A stretch of 64,000 nucleotides of DNA from Balamuthia mandrillaris (Eukaryota). Shown one piece after another: positions 1 through 13,349 of this stretch (positions within the stretch are counted from its first letter, which is position 1; each line of letters starts with the position of its first letter). Location: the NCBI GenBank assembly GCA_031835245.2, contig JAVKOQ020000038.1, forward strand, positions 62,001-126,000. The letters run 5' to 3'. The notes under the pieces are model-generated. The model searched no databases and had not been told where the DNA came from. It saw only the letters and a list, made by a program, of their open reading frames with translations. The position numbers and the translations under genes are program-made.

Positions 1-291
1 GGGTTTGAAATGGGCATGGGCTGTTTTGAAATGAACTTGGATTGTTTAGATTGTTGATGGGTTGATTTGCAATGAGTTGGCATTCGCGTCGTTGGTGCTT
101 AACCCAAAGTGGTATTTTGTGGTGTTGATACATCCTCTGGCACCTTCTGCGCAGCTTCCGGGAAGCAGTCCATTGAATGAACGCATAGTCTTTGCTTTCA
201 GTCCAAGAAACAAAAGTTTATAAGGTATGAACAATCTTGGTTTTATTTTGTTTCTAGTTGGTAGTTTTGGTGCAATGGAAAAGGATGAAGC

Positions 292-1062
292 TTACCATTG
301 TGAAGGCTCTCCAGCCATGAAGGTGAACAAGTGTTTGGGCAGGAGCTGCTCCACCTTCAGCGCTTCTTCCGGCACTCTCTTGTGCAGCACTTTGGAGCAA
401 TAAAAAAAAAAAACGGTTGCAACCAAAATGGTGAGCAAAATAATTGCTAAAAAAAATTAAAAAAAAACAATAATTTTCGGCTTTTGAGAAAAACGCACAA
501 CTATCAAAAAACACGATAAAAAATCGACGACAACAACAAAATTTTTACCCTTCAGGACGGCATGACAGGCAGCCTCGGCGTCGTCGTTCCACTTGACGTT
601 GTTCTGGCCGCCGGCTCTCTCCACGGCCAGCCTCAGGAACTCCTCCCGGCTCTTCACCTTGAGGGGCACCCTGGCCGGCTGCCAGCCCTCGTAGTAGGCC
701 CCGCGCAGGACGAGGGGCAGCTGGGCCGCCAGGTGCACGGCCTCCGGCACGGGGAGGCGGTCGCGGGTGGCCGCCATCACCCCGCGGAACATGCTGTAGG
801 CCAGGTGCAGGTCCATGCCCTCGCGCCGCTGCTGCAGCTCCTGGGGGGTGAGCCGGCCGAGGTGGCTGTCGCGCGAGCCCACCAGCTCGCTCTCGAACTC
901 GTTGTAGATGTCCTTGAGCCAGCTGTCCACCTTTTGGAGGTTGGCGTGGAAGAGGTGTTCGGTGGTGTTGGCGAAGGTGGCGCCGTGCTGTTTGTACTTG
1001 TCCATCTTTTTGTCGAGCTGGGTCTCCGCTGCTGGTTGTTGTTGCGGTTGAGCCTGTTGCAT
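292..1062 (-). CDS. DUF2267-family protein (bacterial-type uncharacterised protein), 2 exons
   Basis: Exon 1 (1062-549) reads MQQAQ...VDSWLKDI...AYSMFRGVMAATRDRLPVPEAVHLAAQLPLVLRGAYYEGWQPARVP...SREEFL...AEAACHAVLK, which matches the DUF2267 pattern (LRDRL..EA.HLAAQLP..LRG.YYEGW). After a GT..AAG intron, exon 2 reads VLHKRVPEEALKVEQLLPKHLFTFMAGEPSQW, ending at TAA 294-292. Confidence 0.8.
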
Positions 1063-1775
1063 TGTCGGTGCGGTCGAGGTGGATGAGAAACGGAGGGGAT
1101 GCTTTGCAAGAGGAAGAAAGAAAGAGGCGGTGGTGTGTGTTCTTGTGAGAAGGGCGTTTGGGTGTTGTCTTCTAACAATGTGATGCATCCACTTTCAAAA
1201 AAAAAGAAGATGAAAGAAGGCTATCTTCTTCTGTAATAGAGGCTCTCTCTGTTGGTTGGTTGGTTGGTTGGTGAGCCCGAATGACGGTGGTGGGGAAAGA
1301 ATCTATGCATGCTCAGGGAAGAAGAAAGGTGGGTGACCCATACAACCAAGAGGAGGGGCAAGGAGCCAACAACCGCTCGTTTGCAGCAACCTTGCCGTTG
1401 GTTTGAAGTCATTTAGCCCTGGGATTTCCTCCCTTTTTATCTTGCCATCTTGCCCAAAGGGGATGCAAGCAAAGCAGCCAAAGGCGATGCCCCAGGGGGG
1501 GGGGAGGGGCATAAGGGGGGAGGACGTGTACACCTTTTCAACAAGGACTCAAAGGGAAAGGTTCTGTCGCGGAGCCGATGCAACGAGCTCCCCCGTTCGA
1601 TGCCCCGGAGACTGGAGGACTTCTTTTATCTTTTGGACTTTGGACAACTCAAGAATTGGAGGAGAAGAAGAACAAGAAGAACAAGAAGAGAATAGAAGGA
1701 CAGGAGAGAAGAGAAGGAACGGAGAGAAGAGAACCTTGACTCGAGAAACTGTTTCTTTTTCCTTTCTCTGTCCAA

Positions 1776-3986
1776 TTAGGACGAGGATTGTCTGTCTGCT
1801 CGTTCTTTGGCTTTGTCGGACGATTCTTTCGCTTCCTCTCCGGCTGCTTCGCTCAAATTGCTGCTGCTGGCACTGTTGGTCAGTTGCCGCATCGCCAACT
1901 TGCTATAAACGCTGTCCTCCTGCTCCAACAAAAGCTGGTGCGTCCCGCTCTCCACCAACCGGCCGTTCTGCAACACAAAGATAACGTCTGCCGTTCTGAC
2001 GGTGCTCAGCCGATGCGCGATGATCAGCGATGTCCTTCCGACCATCAACTTGTCCAACGCCTCCTGCACCAAATGCTCGCTCTCTGTGTCCAACGCCGAA
2101 GTGGCCTCATCAAGGAGCAAGATTTTGGGGTCCTTGAGGATGGCCCTTGCGATGGCCACTCGTTGCTTCTGTCCGCCAGAGAGGGCCACGCCTCTCTCTC
2201 CCACGAGAGTCTCGTAGCCATCGGGCAGGTCTTTGACGAAGTTGTGTGCATTAGCAGCGCGGGCGGCTTCTTGGACTTCCTCAAGGGTGGCCGTGTCGCG
2301 CCCGTAGCGAATGTTCTCGGTGATGGTGCCGCTGAAGAGAACGGGCTCTTGGGAGACGAGAGCCACATGATCGTGATACCATTGCAGGTCCAACTCGCGG
2401 AGGTCCTGCCCGTCGATGAGGAGGCGCCCATGAGAAGGATCGTAGAAGCGTTCCAAGAGGGCAATACAAGTAGATTTGCCACTTCCTGATTCTCCCACCT
2501 AGTTGTGTTGTGTTTTTAGTTGAGTTCATCAAGAAACAAAGGAAGCATACTTACAAGAGCAACTGTCTGTCCTGGTTCGATGCTGAAACTGAGATCGCTT
2601 AGTACCTCCACCTCTCGAGTAGGATACGTGAATGACACGTGCTCAAACTCGATGTGTCCCTCCAAAGTATCGCCAGGCAACCGTTTGCCCCCGGCATAAG
2701 GGATGGTGGGCTGTGTGTTGATAATCTCTTGGATGAGAGCAAAGGAAGCACGAGTCTTGAAGATGTCCGGTAGGATGCCCAACGCCATGCTCAGGCCCAT
2801 CACGGCAAATAGCATCATGCCAAAGATGGTGATCAGCTTGCCAAGAGTCAGCTCGTCCTTCTCCACCAAGATTCCTCCATAGAAGAACGCCAGAGCGGCA
2901 GCGGCCCAGATGCAAAACACAGTGAAGCCGCTGCTGGCGCCTTGCGAAAAGGCCTTCTTATTTGCCACCGTCAAAATGCCAGCCACTGCTTTGCAGAAAC
3001 GGAGAAGCTCTGGAATGTAGAGTAAGAGAGGACGTTAAAAGCTGAAGCGAATGCAGGCAACAACAACTAACCTTTCTTCTCTGCAGAAAAGGCACGAACG
3101 GTCCTAAAGTTGGTAATGACCTCCTCCGCAACACTCACGGACTCTGAAGAAGCCTCCGATGCCTTCTTCGTGAAGTAGGCCGTCAGCCTGCCTTGAATGC
3201 CAATGGCCAGGCCCATCAACGGCGCCGCCGACAGCATCACCAACGTCATCTTCCAGCTGTTGTAAAACGCAAACCCCAGCCCTCCGCCAAACTGGAACAA
3301 GGCCGAGGCGCCCTGGTTGAGCCGCTCGCTGAAGAGGCCCCGCACCGTGGCGCAGTCCTCGCTCAAGCGGGTGATAAGGGTGCCCGTCTTGGTCTTGTCG
3401 AAGAAGGTGATGTCCTGCTGGGTGATGGCCCTGAAAAGCTCCCGCCGTATGCGGGCCGCCACGCGCTCCCCGCAGTTCTGCAGCAGGTTCTGCTGGACGA
3501 GCATGCAGAGGCCGCCGATGCCGGCGATCGCGAAGAAGTAGAGGGAGGTCTCCCTCAGCTTGCTGGTCAGCTGGGGGCTGTCGGCGTAGTCCACCAGCTG
3601 GCCAAAAAAGTAGTAGAAGGCCAAGGGGACGAAGCCCTGGATGACGGCGGCGATGAGGCCCACAAAGATGGCCACATAGTCGAACCAACCAAAGTTACTG
3701 AAGAACTTGTAGCTTTTTTTTTAACACAGATGTTTTTGTGGTGGAAAAAGGGGAGGGTCAGCGAGGAGTGTGAAGAAGAAGAAGAAAGAAGATGAACGCT
3801 GGCAAACAAGAAAACAGAGGAAAACGAAAACAAAATAAAGGGCATAGAGTACGTGGTTTTGCGGTAGGGCGGCGCAGCGACAGCGCCGACCGTGCTCCTG
3901 TCTTGCTGAACGGAGAGCACAACGTGGTCCTTCTGGGCAGAGTTTACCAACAGGGGTTGGCGCTCGAGCTCCCTTTCCTCCTTCAT
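1776..3986 (-). CDS. ABC transporter subfamily B half-transporter (TMD-NBD; TAP/ABCB9/ABCB10-like), about 4 exons
   Basis: TMD exons (ORFs 3067-3675 and 2516-2986) contain [22 protein letters not shown] and [15 protein letters not shown]. The NBD has Walker [10 protein letters not shown], signature LSGGQKQR, Walker [13 protein letters not shown] and switch IAHRLST. Confidence 0.95.
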
Positions 3987-4216
3987 CCTTTGGCGAAATG
4001 CGTAGACGGACCGAAGACCAGAAGGGCACCACCGCTTTGGCCAACGAGAAAATGGCTCGCTACGTGTGACGTGTGTGTTTTTTACATTTCCAAGAAAAAT
4101 TATCTATCGCGTCGTCATGGGATAAATTCATTATTTGCAACAAAAACAACAATGTCTTGCGTCAGGTTCGAACGGAAGGAATGTCGACGTTTATTCACAA
4201 ACGAAGAAGAAAGAAA

Positions 4217-5598
4217 ATGGAGGCCGCAAGAAGAGAAGGAAGGACGGATGAACGACGCCATCAGCCACCGCAGGGACCCTACCAGCGTCCAAACGAGGAC
4301 GATGCCCCGGCCCACGAGGAGGAAATGGTGAGATCCCTCTTTTTCGCCCTCTCCAAAGTGGCCCTCGCCTTCAAGCAGCTCCCTTTCGACCTTCTCTCTT
4401 ACCGCTGGTCCGTGGAGCGCGCCCCGGCTCCACCCTCCACTCCCGCTTCCACTTCCGCCTCGTTCTGGTCGCTGAGCACCACCTTTGCCCAGGTACGAAG
4501 GATCTACGCTTTGGAGGGAGTGCTTCGCCACCCAGCGTTTCTCCTCTCCCAAACGCTCTCTCCCGTCGAGAGCGCGATTCGTTCTCTGCTGGTCCCTCGC
4601 CTTCTCTCCTCTTCTCCTCTCCCTCCACAGACCGAGGCTCAACACAAAGGCAAAAGGAGAAGCAGGGGAGAAGCCGAAAGGGCGGACGAGCCGACATGGA
4701 AGCAGCTATGGATGGAGCGGCTGCCGTTCTGTTGGTGGCCACAGGGCGTGGTCTCCGCCCTATTGGAAGCCGTTCTGTGCTTCCCTCTCGACGTGGCTCG
4801 TGCTCGTCTCTCTGTCCAACAAGTAAGTCGTTTTTTTTTTTTGTAATTGTAATGGTGATGGTTAGGTCCGCTAATGGCGTGCTTTCTTCTTTTCATCCTC
4901 GCCCAGCCCACCCTTCTCTCCGACAGAGGAGGCGAACCCCATCTGCAGTATCGCTACAAGGGCCTCTTGGATTGCCTCTGGCAAAGCTTCTTCCGCCCCG
5001 CCTCCACTCCTGCCACTTCTCTCTGCATCCCTTCCATGTTGCTCTCTTCCTTCCTCAGCCGCCTTCTCTCCTCTCTCCTCTCTGCCTTTTACGACTCCAA
5101 GCTTCGTCTCTATCCTTTGCTCAACTCTTCTTCTTCTTCCTCCACGTCATTGTATTTACCTTGGGAGACGTTAAAGAGGTCTTCTTCCATCGCGTTGGAC
5201 TTATCTTTGAAGAGGTTGTTGGTGATGGCTGCTACCATGCCTTTTCAGACGGTGCAGCGACGATTGTGGAGTGGTCACACGAGCGAGTACGGTCGTGACT
5301 ACAGTGGATGGCTGCAGTGCTTTACTTCCATTTTATCTCAAGAAGGCTTTTCGGGCTTTTATAAGGTATTTTTTGTACCTTTGCTTCTTTTTCTGTTCCA
5401 TTTTCTCTTTCTTGTTCTGTTTTTTAACGTTCATGGACAAAGGGAGCATTACCAGAGTTTTGCGGCTTCCTCCTGAACGAAGTGCTGGTGTTCGCAGTGA
5501 TGGAGGCAGTGTGCGCTTGGCTCTACAGAGGAGTTCACTACGAACTACCTGTTGTCGACGTAAGTGATGATGATGAAGAAGACGAAAAAGAGGAATGA
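4217..5598 (+). CDS. Mitochondrial carrier (SLC25) family protein, divergent, 3 exons
   Basis: Carrier-signature-like motifs PFDLLSYR, PLDVARARLSVQ and PFQTVQRRL, plus YKGLLDCL and YSGWLQCFTSILSQEGFSGFYKG. Introns lie at about 4823-4905 and 5366-5442. Confidence 0.8.
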
Positions 5599-5641
5599 AA
5601 TCGAGCGACCAGATAAGGAACCTTTTTTTTTATTCTTGTTA

Positions 5642-8600
5642 TTATTTACTCCGTTCCTGCACTCTTTCCAGTTGTGCGATTTCATCCATCAAGTGCACAG
5701 CTTCTTTTCTTTCTCCTGCTTCTTCCACTTTCTCTTTTCCTTTTCCTTCTTCTTCTTCTTCCACCAGTGCCTCTTCTTCCTCTTCTTCCAATGGAAGCTG
5801 AGTTATAGCTCGCTCTATAGCTATTCTCTCTTTTCCTTTTGTTTCCTCTTCTTCTTTTTCCTTTTCTTCTTCAATGCTTTCAGCTTTCTTTGCTGGGCTC
5901 GCCAGGTAAGGTGCCATTCTTAAACCATCTTTTGTATTTTTGTTAATGAGAATGAGAGAGAAAGCAAGACGGAGAGAGCGAGAGAGAACAAACCTTTCTT
6001 TTGTCTCTCTCTTGCGGCAAGAGATTGATGCAATGAATCCCCAAAGCTAGCTTTGCGGAGGCCAAAGTCCTTGATGTCCTGCCATGGCCCTTTTGCCGGT
6101 GCTCCCTCTTTGGCGGCCCTTCTAGTGCCAGCGATGGTGAACGCTCTTCTTGGTCGCCCTCCTGTCTCTCTCATCCTTCTTTCCTCTTCTTCTCTGGCAA
6201 CTTCTCTGGCAACTTCCTCTGCCATTTGTCTTTGTTCCCATGTGTGAGGTACTGCCATTGATCTTGTAGCTTTTGAGCAACAATGGTCAGAAGAGTGAAG
6301 GAAAAAAAGAAAAACGACAGAACTAAAGGTACATACGTCTGGGCGTTGTAGCGAAGGAATGTTTGTGAATGACGGAAGCCACACGAGACACATCTTCGAT
6401 GGAGGGAGGCTCCATAGCCACAGATGGCCACACATTGGTTAACTTGCGTTGACGAACACCATGCTTGCCATACACCGGATGACCAAAGAATCTTCTTGTT
6501 CTTCGAATCGGCTTAGCTGTTTTTGCCAAAATAAGATAGTTAGTTTCACCTTATTCTTCTCTCTCTCTCTCTCTCTCTCTCATCTTTCTTTCTCTCCCTC
6601 CGTATTGTTTTGTTACCTTTGATAACGGCAGAGACGAGATAGTAAGTTAAGCGTTTGAGAATATCTAATGGAAAGAACCAAATGATGCACCAGATCCATG
6701 CTAACAAAGCCCAACCCCATCCTGATCCTCTAAAGTCTTGAAAATCATCAGACGGATATCCTGCCAAACCTCTTATTTGTTGTTCATTTAGTTTCATCAA
6801 GAAGAACGAAGAACAAGAAAGACATCGAAGAACGAGACGTACAGCGCGCCAAGAACAGTGGCAGCAACTTGAGCAAGGATAAAAGCAATAACGAGCAAAA
6901 TGGAGGGCCGGGAGCTTTGATAATAAGAGGTATAGCGAGTCAAATTTCTTTTAAAATAAACAAAAGGCTTCAAAAAAAAAAATGAAGGTACCTGAAAAAC
7001 CAACGCTGGCTTCTTGTGATGAAAATGGTGGACTGCGAACTGATGGACACCTGAATGTAAATAAGACCTCTAAGCTCATCTTCGCTCAGCTCGGGGAGGC
7101 CGAACCAGTCCTCAAACCAATCAGTCAACTCCACTATTATGAACAACACGACCGTTGATGCCTGTTTTTTTGTTTGTTAGAAAGAAGAAAGCAAAGATTT
7201 CAACAAAGCGACGCACGGTTAGATAAAGGCCAATGACAATGGCTATAACAAAGATACGAGGAAGGTTCCAAACGTCAGGCTCTTGGCTTGGCTTTACTCT
7301 GTCCTTTGATATTGTCAGGATTGTGCCTTAATTTAATGCAAAATAATGCGAAGCAAGTGTTTAGGTCATGTCAATTTGAATTATGAAACTAAGTGAGGAG
7401 AAGTGAGAATGATACCATCATTGAGGAGAGCCAGAATGGCTGTAAGAATCACAGGAAAATAAAAGTCAAAGATGGTGGGCAAAAGAGTAAACGTGAGCAC
7501 GATCCTAACGGTAGAAGCGATGCTGTAGATAGTGTAGTTTCTCATCCGTTGAAAGATCTTTCTGCTGCCAAGTATAGCATCCACTATAACTCCCAATCCT
7601 GGTGATAGCAATACTATGTCTGCGGCTGTAATATTTTATAAGAAAAACAGTAAGAAACAATGAGAGAGAAAGAGAGAGGAGAAGACATACCAGCTCTAGC
7701 GGCATCAGTGGCATCAGCAACTGCAATTCCAATATCAGCCTTCTTCAGGGCAGGAGCTTAGTGTTAAAAAGGGTTAGGAACATCTTCAAACAACGCAAGG
7801 AAGAGCAGGCAAGAAGGGAGGAAGGGAGAAAAGACACCATCGTTGACGCCATCACCAGTCATGCCGACAATGTGTTTTAGTCTTTGAAGACGTTCAACAA
7901 TATCGTATTTGTGTTCTGGGAAGACTTGAGCAAATCCATCCGCTTCTTCCACAAGAAGAGGACTCTGAGGATCTTCCACTGTAGCAATACGAATATTATT
8001 TCATGTTTTAAAATGACATGGTAGCAAACAATAGCAACACAAGAGCGAGAGAGAATGGAGGACATACACATGTTAGGCGTAAGGATGTTAAGGCCCATTC
8101 CAAGGGAACGTGCGGTCTCAACGGCGATCGCAGTTTGATCACCAGTTATCATTTTAACTTTGATGCCATAGTGCTTCACCTTCTCTATGACTTCTCTTGT
8201 ATCATGTCGTGGTGGGTCGTACAGGGGGAGCAACCTATAGTTACCGTGTTTTAAAATTTTACAATGCGCGAAAAAGAAAAGAAAACAACAAGAGAGAAGC
8301 AAGTAGGAGACTGACAAACCCTTCCATGATAAATTTAGGATAGGACTGGTCTTGGGTTGGATCTGTCCCAGGTTTTGGGAACGCTCTTGCTACTCCCAAA
8401 GCACGAAAGCCCCGCGCTGCAAACTCGTTGATTTTAGCCGTCACGGTCGTGTTTATTTCGTCTCTATTTGCCGCTTCCAACAATATCTTTGCTCAAAAGT
8501 TAGCTAGTAAGGAGAGATAAAAAACAAAGGCAGAAGGAGGACAAGTACCACTTGAGGAGCTCCTTTGATCGCTTTGAAGTAAGAGCCATCGGGAGCTTTG

Positions 8601-8766
8601 ATGATTGCGGAACTTTTCTTGGAAACGGGATCGAACGGCTTAAAGTAGACTTGTTCGTGTGCGTTCAATTGCTCTCGTTCTTCTTCTGTGAGATATCCCA
8701 ACATGGCTGTATCAACTGCATCTGGATTCAATTGCTGCGAATAATAAAGTGTAAACATTTAACCTT

Positions 8767-8809
<43 letters not shown>

Positions 8810-10012
8810 GTTCGTCTCTTTTCTTGAAGTGATAAGTAATTATTTTGTAACAAAAGAAAGCTACCTGTGCAGCCAGAGCAGCATGGAAAATAGCAGCTCT
8901 GCCATCCAGTGCTTCAACAGTGACGAAAGGCTCGCCCATTGTCAACTTATTCAAGGTAAGGGTTCCTGTCTTATCAGAGCAAAGCCTGTCCATTCCTGCC
9001 ATTTCTTCTACAGCAGTAAGTCGTGCCACAATCGCTTGCTTTTTGGCCAACATCGAAGCTCCTAGCGCCCTTTTACAACCATCAGCAACAATGAAAAGAC
9101 AAAGAAGGAGCAGAGAAGCAGAGAGGAGAGAGGGAGAGAGGAGAGAGGAGAGAGGGAGAAAGGGCGAGGGAGAGAGAGAGAGAGCAATGAGAAGAAAACG
9201 CACATTGTGACGGAAAGCACTGTTGGCATAGCAATAGGAATTCCACCCACGATAAGTACTAACGCCCCGTCTAAAGGAGGGCAAGCATCACCCGCTAACA
9301 ACACAGATATGGTAAGTAATAGAGGGAGGGAGAGAAGAGAAGAAGCTCGTACTCCAACTGATTCCGGTACAATCCTCTCCTTTAATAGCAAATTGTATAA
9401 TGAGGAGAGTGGCAACGCCCACCACTATGATGCTAATACAAAACAGACCAATTCTTTTCAAAACTCTTTGAAAGTGACCCTATATTTGATATTATGAGAA
9501 AGAAAGTTGAAAGGGACAGAAATATGAGGAGGGAGAGAGGCATACATGTTCTTCGGTCCCAGCAACAAGGGATGCGGCTCTACCAAAAAAAGTGTTGGCA
9601 CCAGTAGCGTAAACCACTGCGTCGATTCTGCCTTCCTTAACCGTGCTGCCTGCAAATACCTCCTCTCCAGATCCTTTATTCACTGGTAATGACTCGCCTG
9701 TTATGGTTAAATAACAGGAAGAAATAGAATAATAGGAGACGAGAACGAAAAGAGAAGAACAAGAGTAAGTGTTTGAAGCAATAACTAGGTAGTTGCTGTC
9801 GTGGTGCGCAAATACCTGTTAGTGCAGCTTGATCCAATTTGATGGATTCGCCTTCCAACAACTTGACGTCGGCCGGGACCACATCTCCAGAGGCCAACTT
9901 TACAATATCTCCTGGGACCAAGTCGAAAGCGGAGATGTGATCATATGTGCCATTTCGTCGACATGTCGCCATTGGTGCTAATTGACCCTGTTAGAGAGAG
10001 GGAGAGAGAGAG

Positions 10013-10053
<41 letters not shown>

Positions 10054-10089
10054 TGGTTACTTTACTCAAACAGAAGAGAAAGGAAACAT

Positions 10090-10121
<32 letters not shown>

Positions 10122-11052
10122 AGAAAGTATTTACCTTAAGAGCATCAACAGCTTTGGAAGAGGAATGGTCCTCCCAGAAGCCAATGACAGCGTTAAGGAC
10201 AAGCAAAGCGAGGATGAGAATAAAGTCGACATAGTCGCCTAGCACTATCGCCAACACTGCTGCAAACTCCATAGCCCATGACAGTGGGTTCCAAAAGAAA
10301 AATAAAAACTGGAAAAGCGGATTCACTTTTTATTGGCGATATGATGTTAACAAGAGCAAAAGAGAAAAAGAAGAGCAAGAACAAGAACAAGAACAACAAC
10401 GTCAACGTCAACGTCATTCAAAAAAGAAGAGCAACTAACCTTTGTGCTCAGGAAGTTTGTTGGGTCCATACTGAGCAAGTCTTTCTTGCACTTCAGCATT
10501 GGTGAGCCCTTCTCGAGTGGCATGCAAATGCTCCAACACCTGATCTATCGTCGCGTTCTTTATGAGCTCAGAGGTCGCTCCTTTCGCCACGAGCGGTGGT
10601 GTCGTCTTCTTTTCTTGCCCCGCCTCTTTTGTGGCCTCCGCCGAAGGGCCGCCTCTCTCCTCCTCCCCCTCTTCTGCCTTCCTTGGTGCCTCTTCAGCAA
10701 CATATTCAGGGAGATGAATTCGAGCTGTTCCTACTTCTCTCTCGTCTTCTCCGCCCTCGTGTTCTGGAGGTTGTGTTGTTGGTGTGGGTTTGGGTAGCGC
10801 CGTTCGCGTTCTCTCAGACTTTTCCGATGCCGGTTCCTCCTCTTCGTTAGGGTTAGCGTTGCTCTTCAACACTTGAAGCTCGTGCTCTTCGCTCTCTGCT
10901 TCTTCTTCTTCAGTCGAGCTTCCATCCTCGGTCGACGAAGAGCCCTCACCACCCCCATCGGCCCAAGAACTAAAACGCTGCGACGCAGCAGGAGCACCAG
11001 CGCGTGGCGCTCCTCTCCGGTGTCGTCGCTGCAAAATCGTCCAACGGGCCAT
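5642..11052 (-). CDS. Plasma-membrane H+-ATPase (P-type IIIA), many exons
   Basis: Motifs [53 protein letters not shown], phosphorylation motif [47 protein letters not shown] and [11 protein letters not shown]. Confidence 0.95.
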
Positions 11053-11978
11053 TCGATCCAACGCGCACACAAAGAAGCAGTTCTTTTCCTCTTTCTTCTC
11101 TCTCCCTCAGAGGAAAAACACTTTCTAGGGCTAAGTAGTTCTGGTGTGAGACGTTGTCAGACTTGACAAAAACAACAAAAAATTTTGGATGATGAGTTCC
11201 TCCAATAAAAGCTACAGGGAGAGCACAGCGGTGCACTCGCGCTATGCTCATGCCATTCCCCCTTCAGGTGGGTCATCCCACCTACCCACCTACCCACCGT
11301 GCCACATGGGAAAATGTGCATGCCCCTATGAGCGGCCACAAAGGGGGGGGGGGGGATGCTTGGGTCCCAAGCTCTCTTGCTGGCGATTCTTCCCCTCTTT
11401 TCTTCTTTCTTTCCGTTGAGAATGTTTGATGTATCCTCTCCTCTCTCCTGTCTTTTCTCGCTGTCCGGTGTGCTCTCTTCCGTCCTCTCTCCTATCCTCG
11501 CTCATCTCCTGCTCCTGGATCGGTGTCTTCACTTTCAGTCCCCTCTCCTCTCCTGTCTCGTGAGTTTGGCTCCTGTCCTTGCTCGTGTCTTGGGTAGTCT
11601 CTTTCGTCCTCTCTCCTTTCCTGGCTCGTGTCTTGGCTCCACTCCTTAAAGCTGTGCTTCAGTTCTTCACGAATGGAGCAGAATATTGATTTATGATTTT
11701 CTATTGGGCAATAACAGATAGATCAATCTACAGTTTGAAAAATTCTATCGGCATGGGGGTCAATAATTATTATAGACAATTAATGTATATCAGTGGCGAT
11801 TTGCATTACACTTCCAAAACAACAGAAAACGCCCGGTGGTAACGGCGAGCGGTTACACTTGCGGCTGTGTAGAGTTAGAGACTCTGGGTTTGTTTTACAA
11901 AAAGAACAACTTTGATAAAAAGTTCAAAGCCTTTTCTTTTCTCTCTCTCAAGGAGAGGGAAAAAACGGTTTCTAAAAC

Positions 11979-13304
11979 ATGTTGGGTATCATCAAGAAAA
12001 AGAAGGAAGGCAGCTCTGAGGAAGATCTCGAGCTCTTATCTTACGAACAGGTTTCTTCCTTTCCTTTCTTTCCTTTTACTTCTTCCTTTCTTTCTTTTAA
12101 AAAAAACCTTTTTTTTAACCAAGAAATACGACCAATATACATCACTATAGAAAGTAAAAGACTCAAAGTTACATCTGAGACAGCTGCACGAGACCCTGGG
12201 CAAAAGCGTTCAGTCCAACACGATAGCGGCGGACCACGGCCACGCCCTCGCCCAGTCGCTCCGCAACTATGCCGTGGCCTTGAAGGAGCAGGACCAGGCG
12301 GCCGAGCCCGAGCTGGGCAACTGCCTGGAAGAGCTGGCCAAAGTGGAGAACACCATAACGGACCTCTCCAGAAAATTCGTACGTTGTTTTTGTTGTTTTT
12401 TTTTTTCAAGTTGGTTTGTTTTGCTGTGTTTGTTTTATTTGTTGTGTGTTGTTTTATTTTATTTTTTGTTAGTTTTTTCCGTTTTTAATGAACAATGCAC
12501 AAACAGAACAGCGCACGCATCAATTCATTGTTGCGTCCAATCGACGACTTGATCAAAGGAGAGATCGCTGCTGCCGAGGTGCTTTTTTCGCTCCTTCTTT
12601 TGTTCTTGTTCTTGTGCTTGTTCTTCTTTTTGTTTTGCTTCTTGTTCTTGTTCTTCTTGTTCTTGTTCTTGTTGTTCTTGTTCTTGTTCTTCTTCTTGTT
12701 CTTGTTCTTCTTCTTCTTCTTGTTCTTGTTCTTCTTCTTCTTCTTGTTCTTGTTCTTCTTCTTCTTCTTGTTCTTCTTCTTCTTCTTCTTCTTCTTCTTC
12801 TTCTTCTTCTTGTTCTTCTTGTTCTTCTTCTTGTTCTTCTTGTTCTTCTTCTTCTTCTTCTTCTTCTTCTTCTTCTTCTTCTTCTTCTTCTTCTTCTCTT
12901 TTATTTGAATTTTATTGCTAATATATATATATATATATATATAACAGCAAGAAAAGAAAAAGTATGACAAGGCGAAAGCAGCCTTCGAGGCTGCCGACGC
13001 CAAGGTCAAACACCTCAAAGTGAAGGAAGATGCCAAGGCCTTTGAGACCGAGAAGGAGCGCAACATCCTCCAAAAGAAATACGAGGAGAGCAAAGCGGTC
13101 ACCAAGAATGCCTTCATGGATGCCTACGAGCGGAACAAAGTGGCGACGCTGGAGCGGCTCTGCGATTACGTGGATGCCTACAAGGAGGTGTTTCGGTACG
13201 GCTTCGAGGCCTTTGCCACCATTGACTCCCAGTTGAACTCCTACAGGAGTTATATTGCCAAGGTATGATTCGCCTTTATACACCGTTCTTCTTGTCTATT
13301 TCTC

Positions 13305-13349
<45 letters not shown>

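Noticed and set aside
46..234. Short minus-strand ORF downstream of the DUF2267 gene
   Set aside because: The DUF2267 frame already stops at 292 and the ORF has no recognisable motif. It cannot be assessed at the window edge.
562..1086. Antisense and alternative-frame ORFs over GC-rich exons (also 1788-2489, 3193-3795, 39280-40095)
   Set aside because: They are shadows of real genes caused by high GC3, with no motifs of their own.
11230..11372. Small hairpins and a G-run upstream of the H+-ATPase (similar G-run near 1494-1520)
   Set aside because: The stems are short and compatible with chance, and match no RNA family I recognise.
12485..13117. Long poly-K/poly-L/poly-F ORFs (also at 16564-17419, 33407-34000 and 51451-52020)
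   Set aside because: They are translations of stop-free intronic TTC/GAA microsatellites, not proteins.
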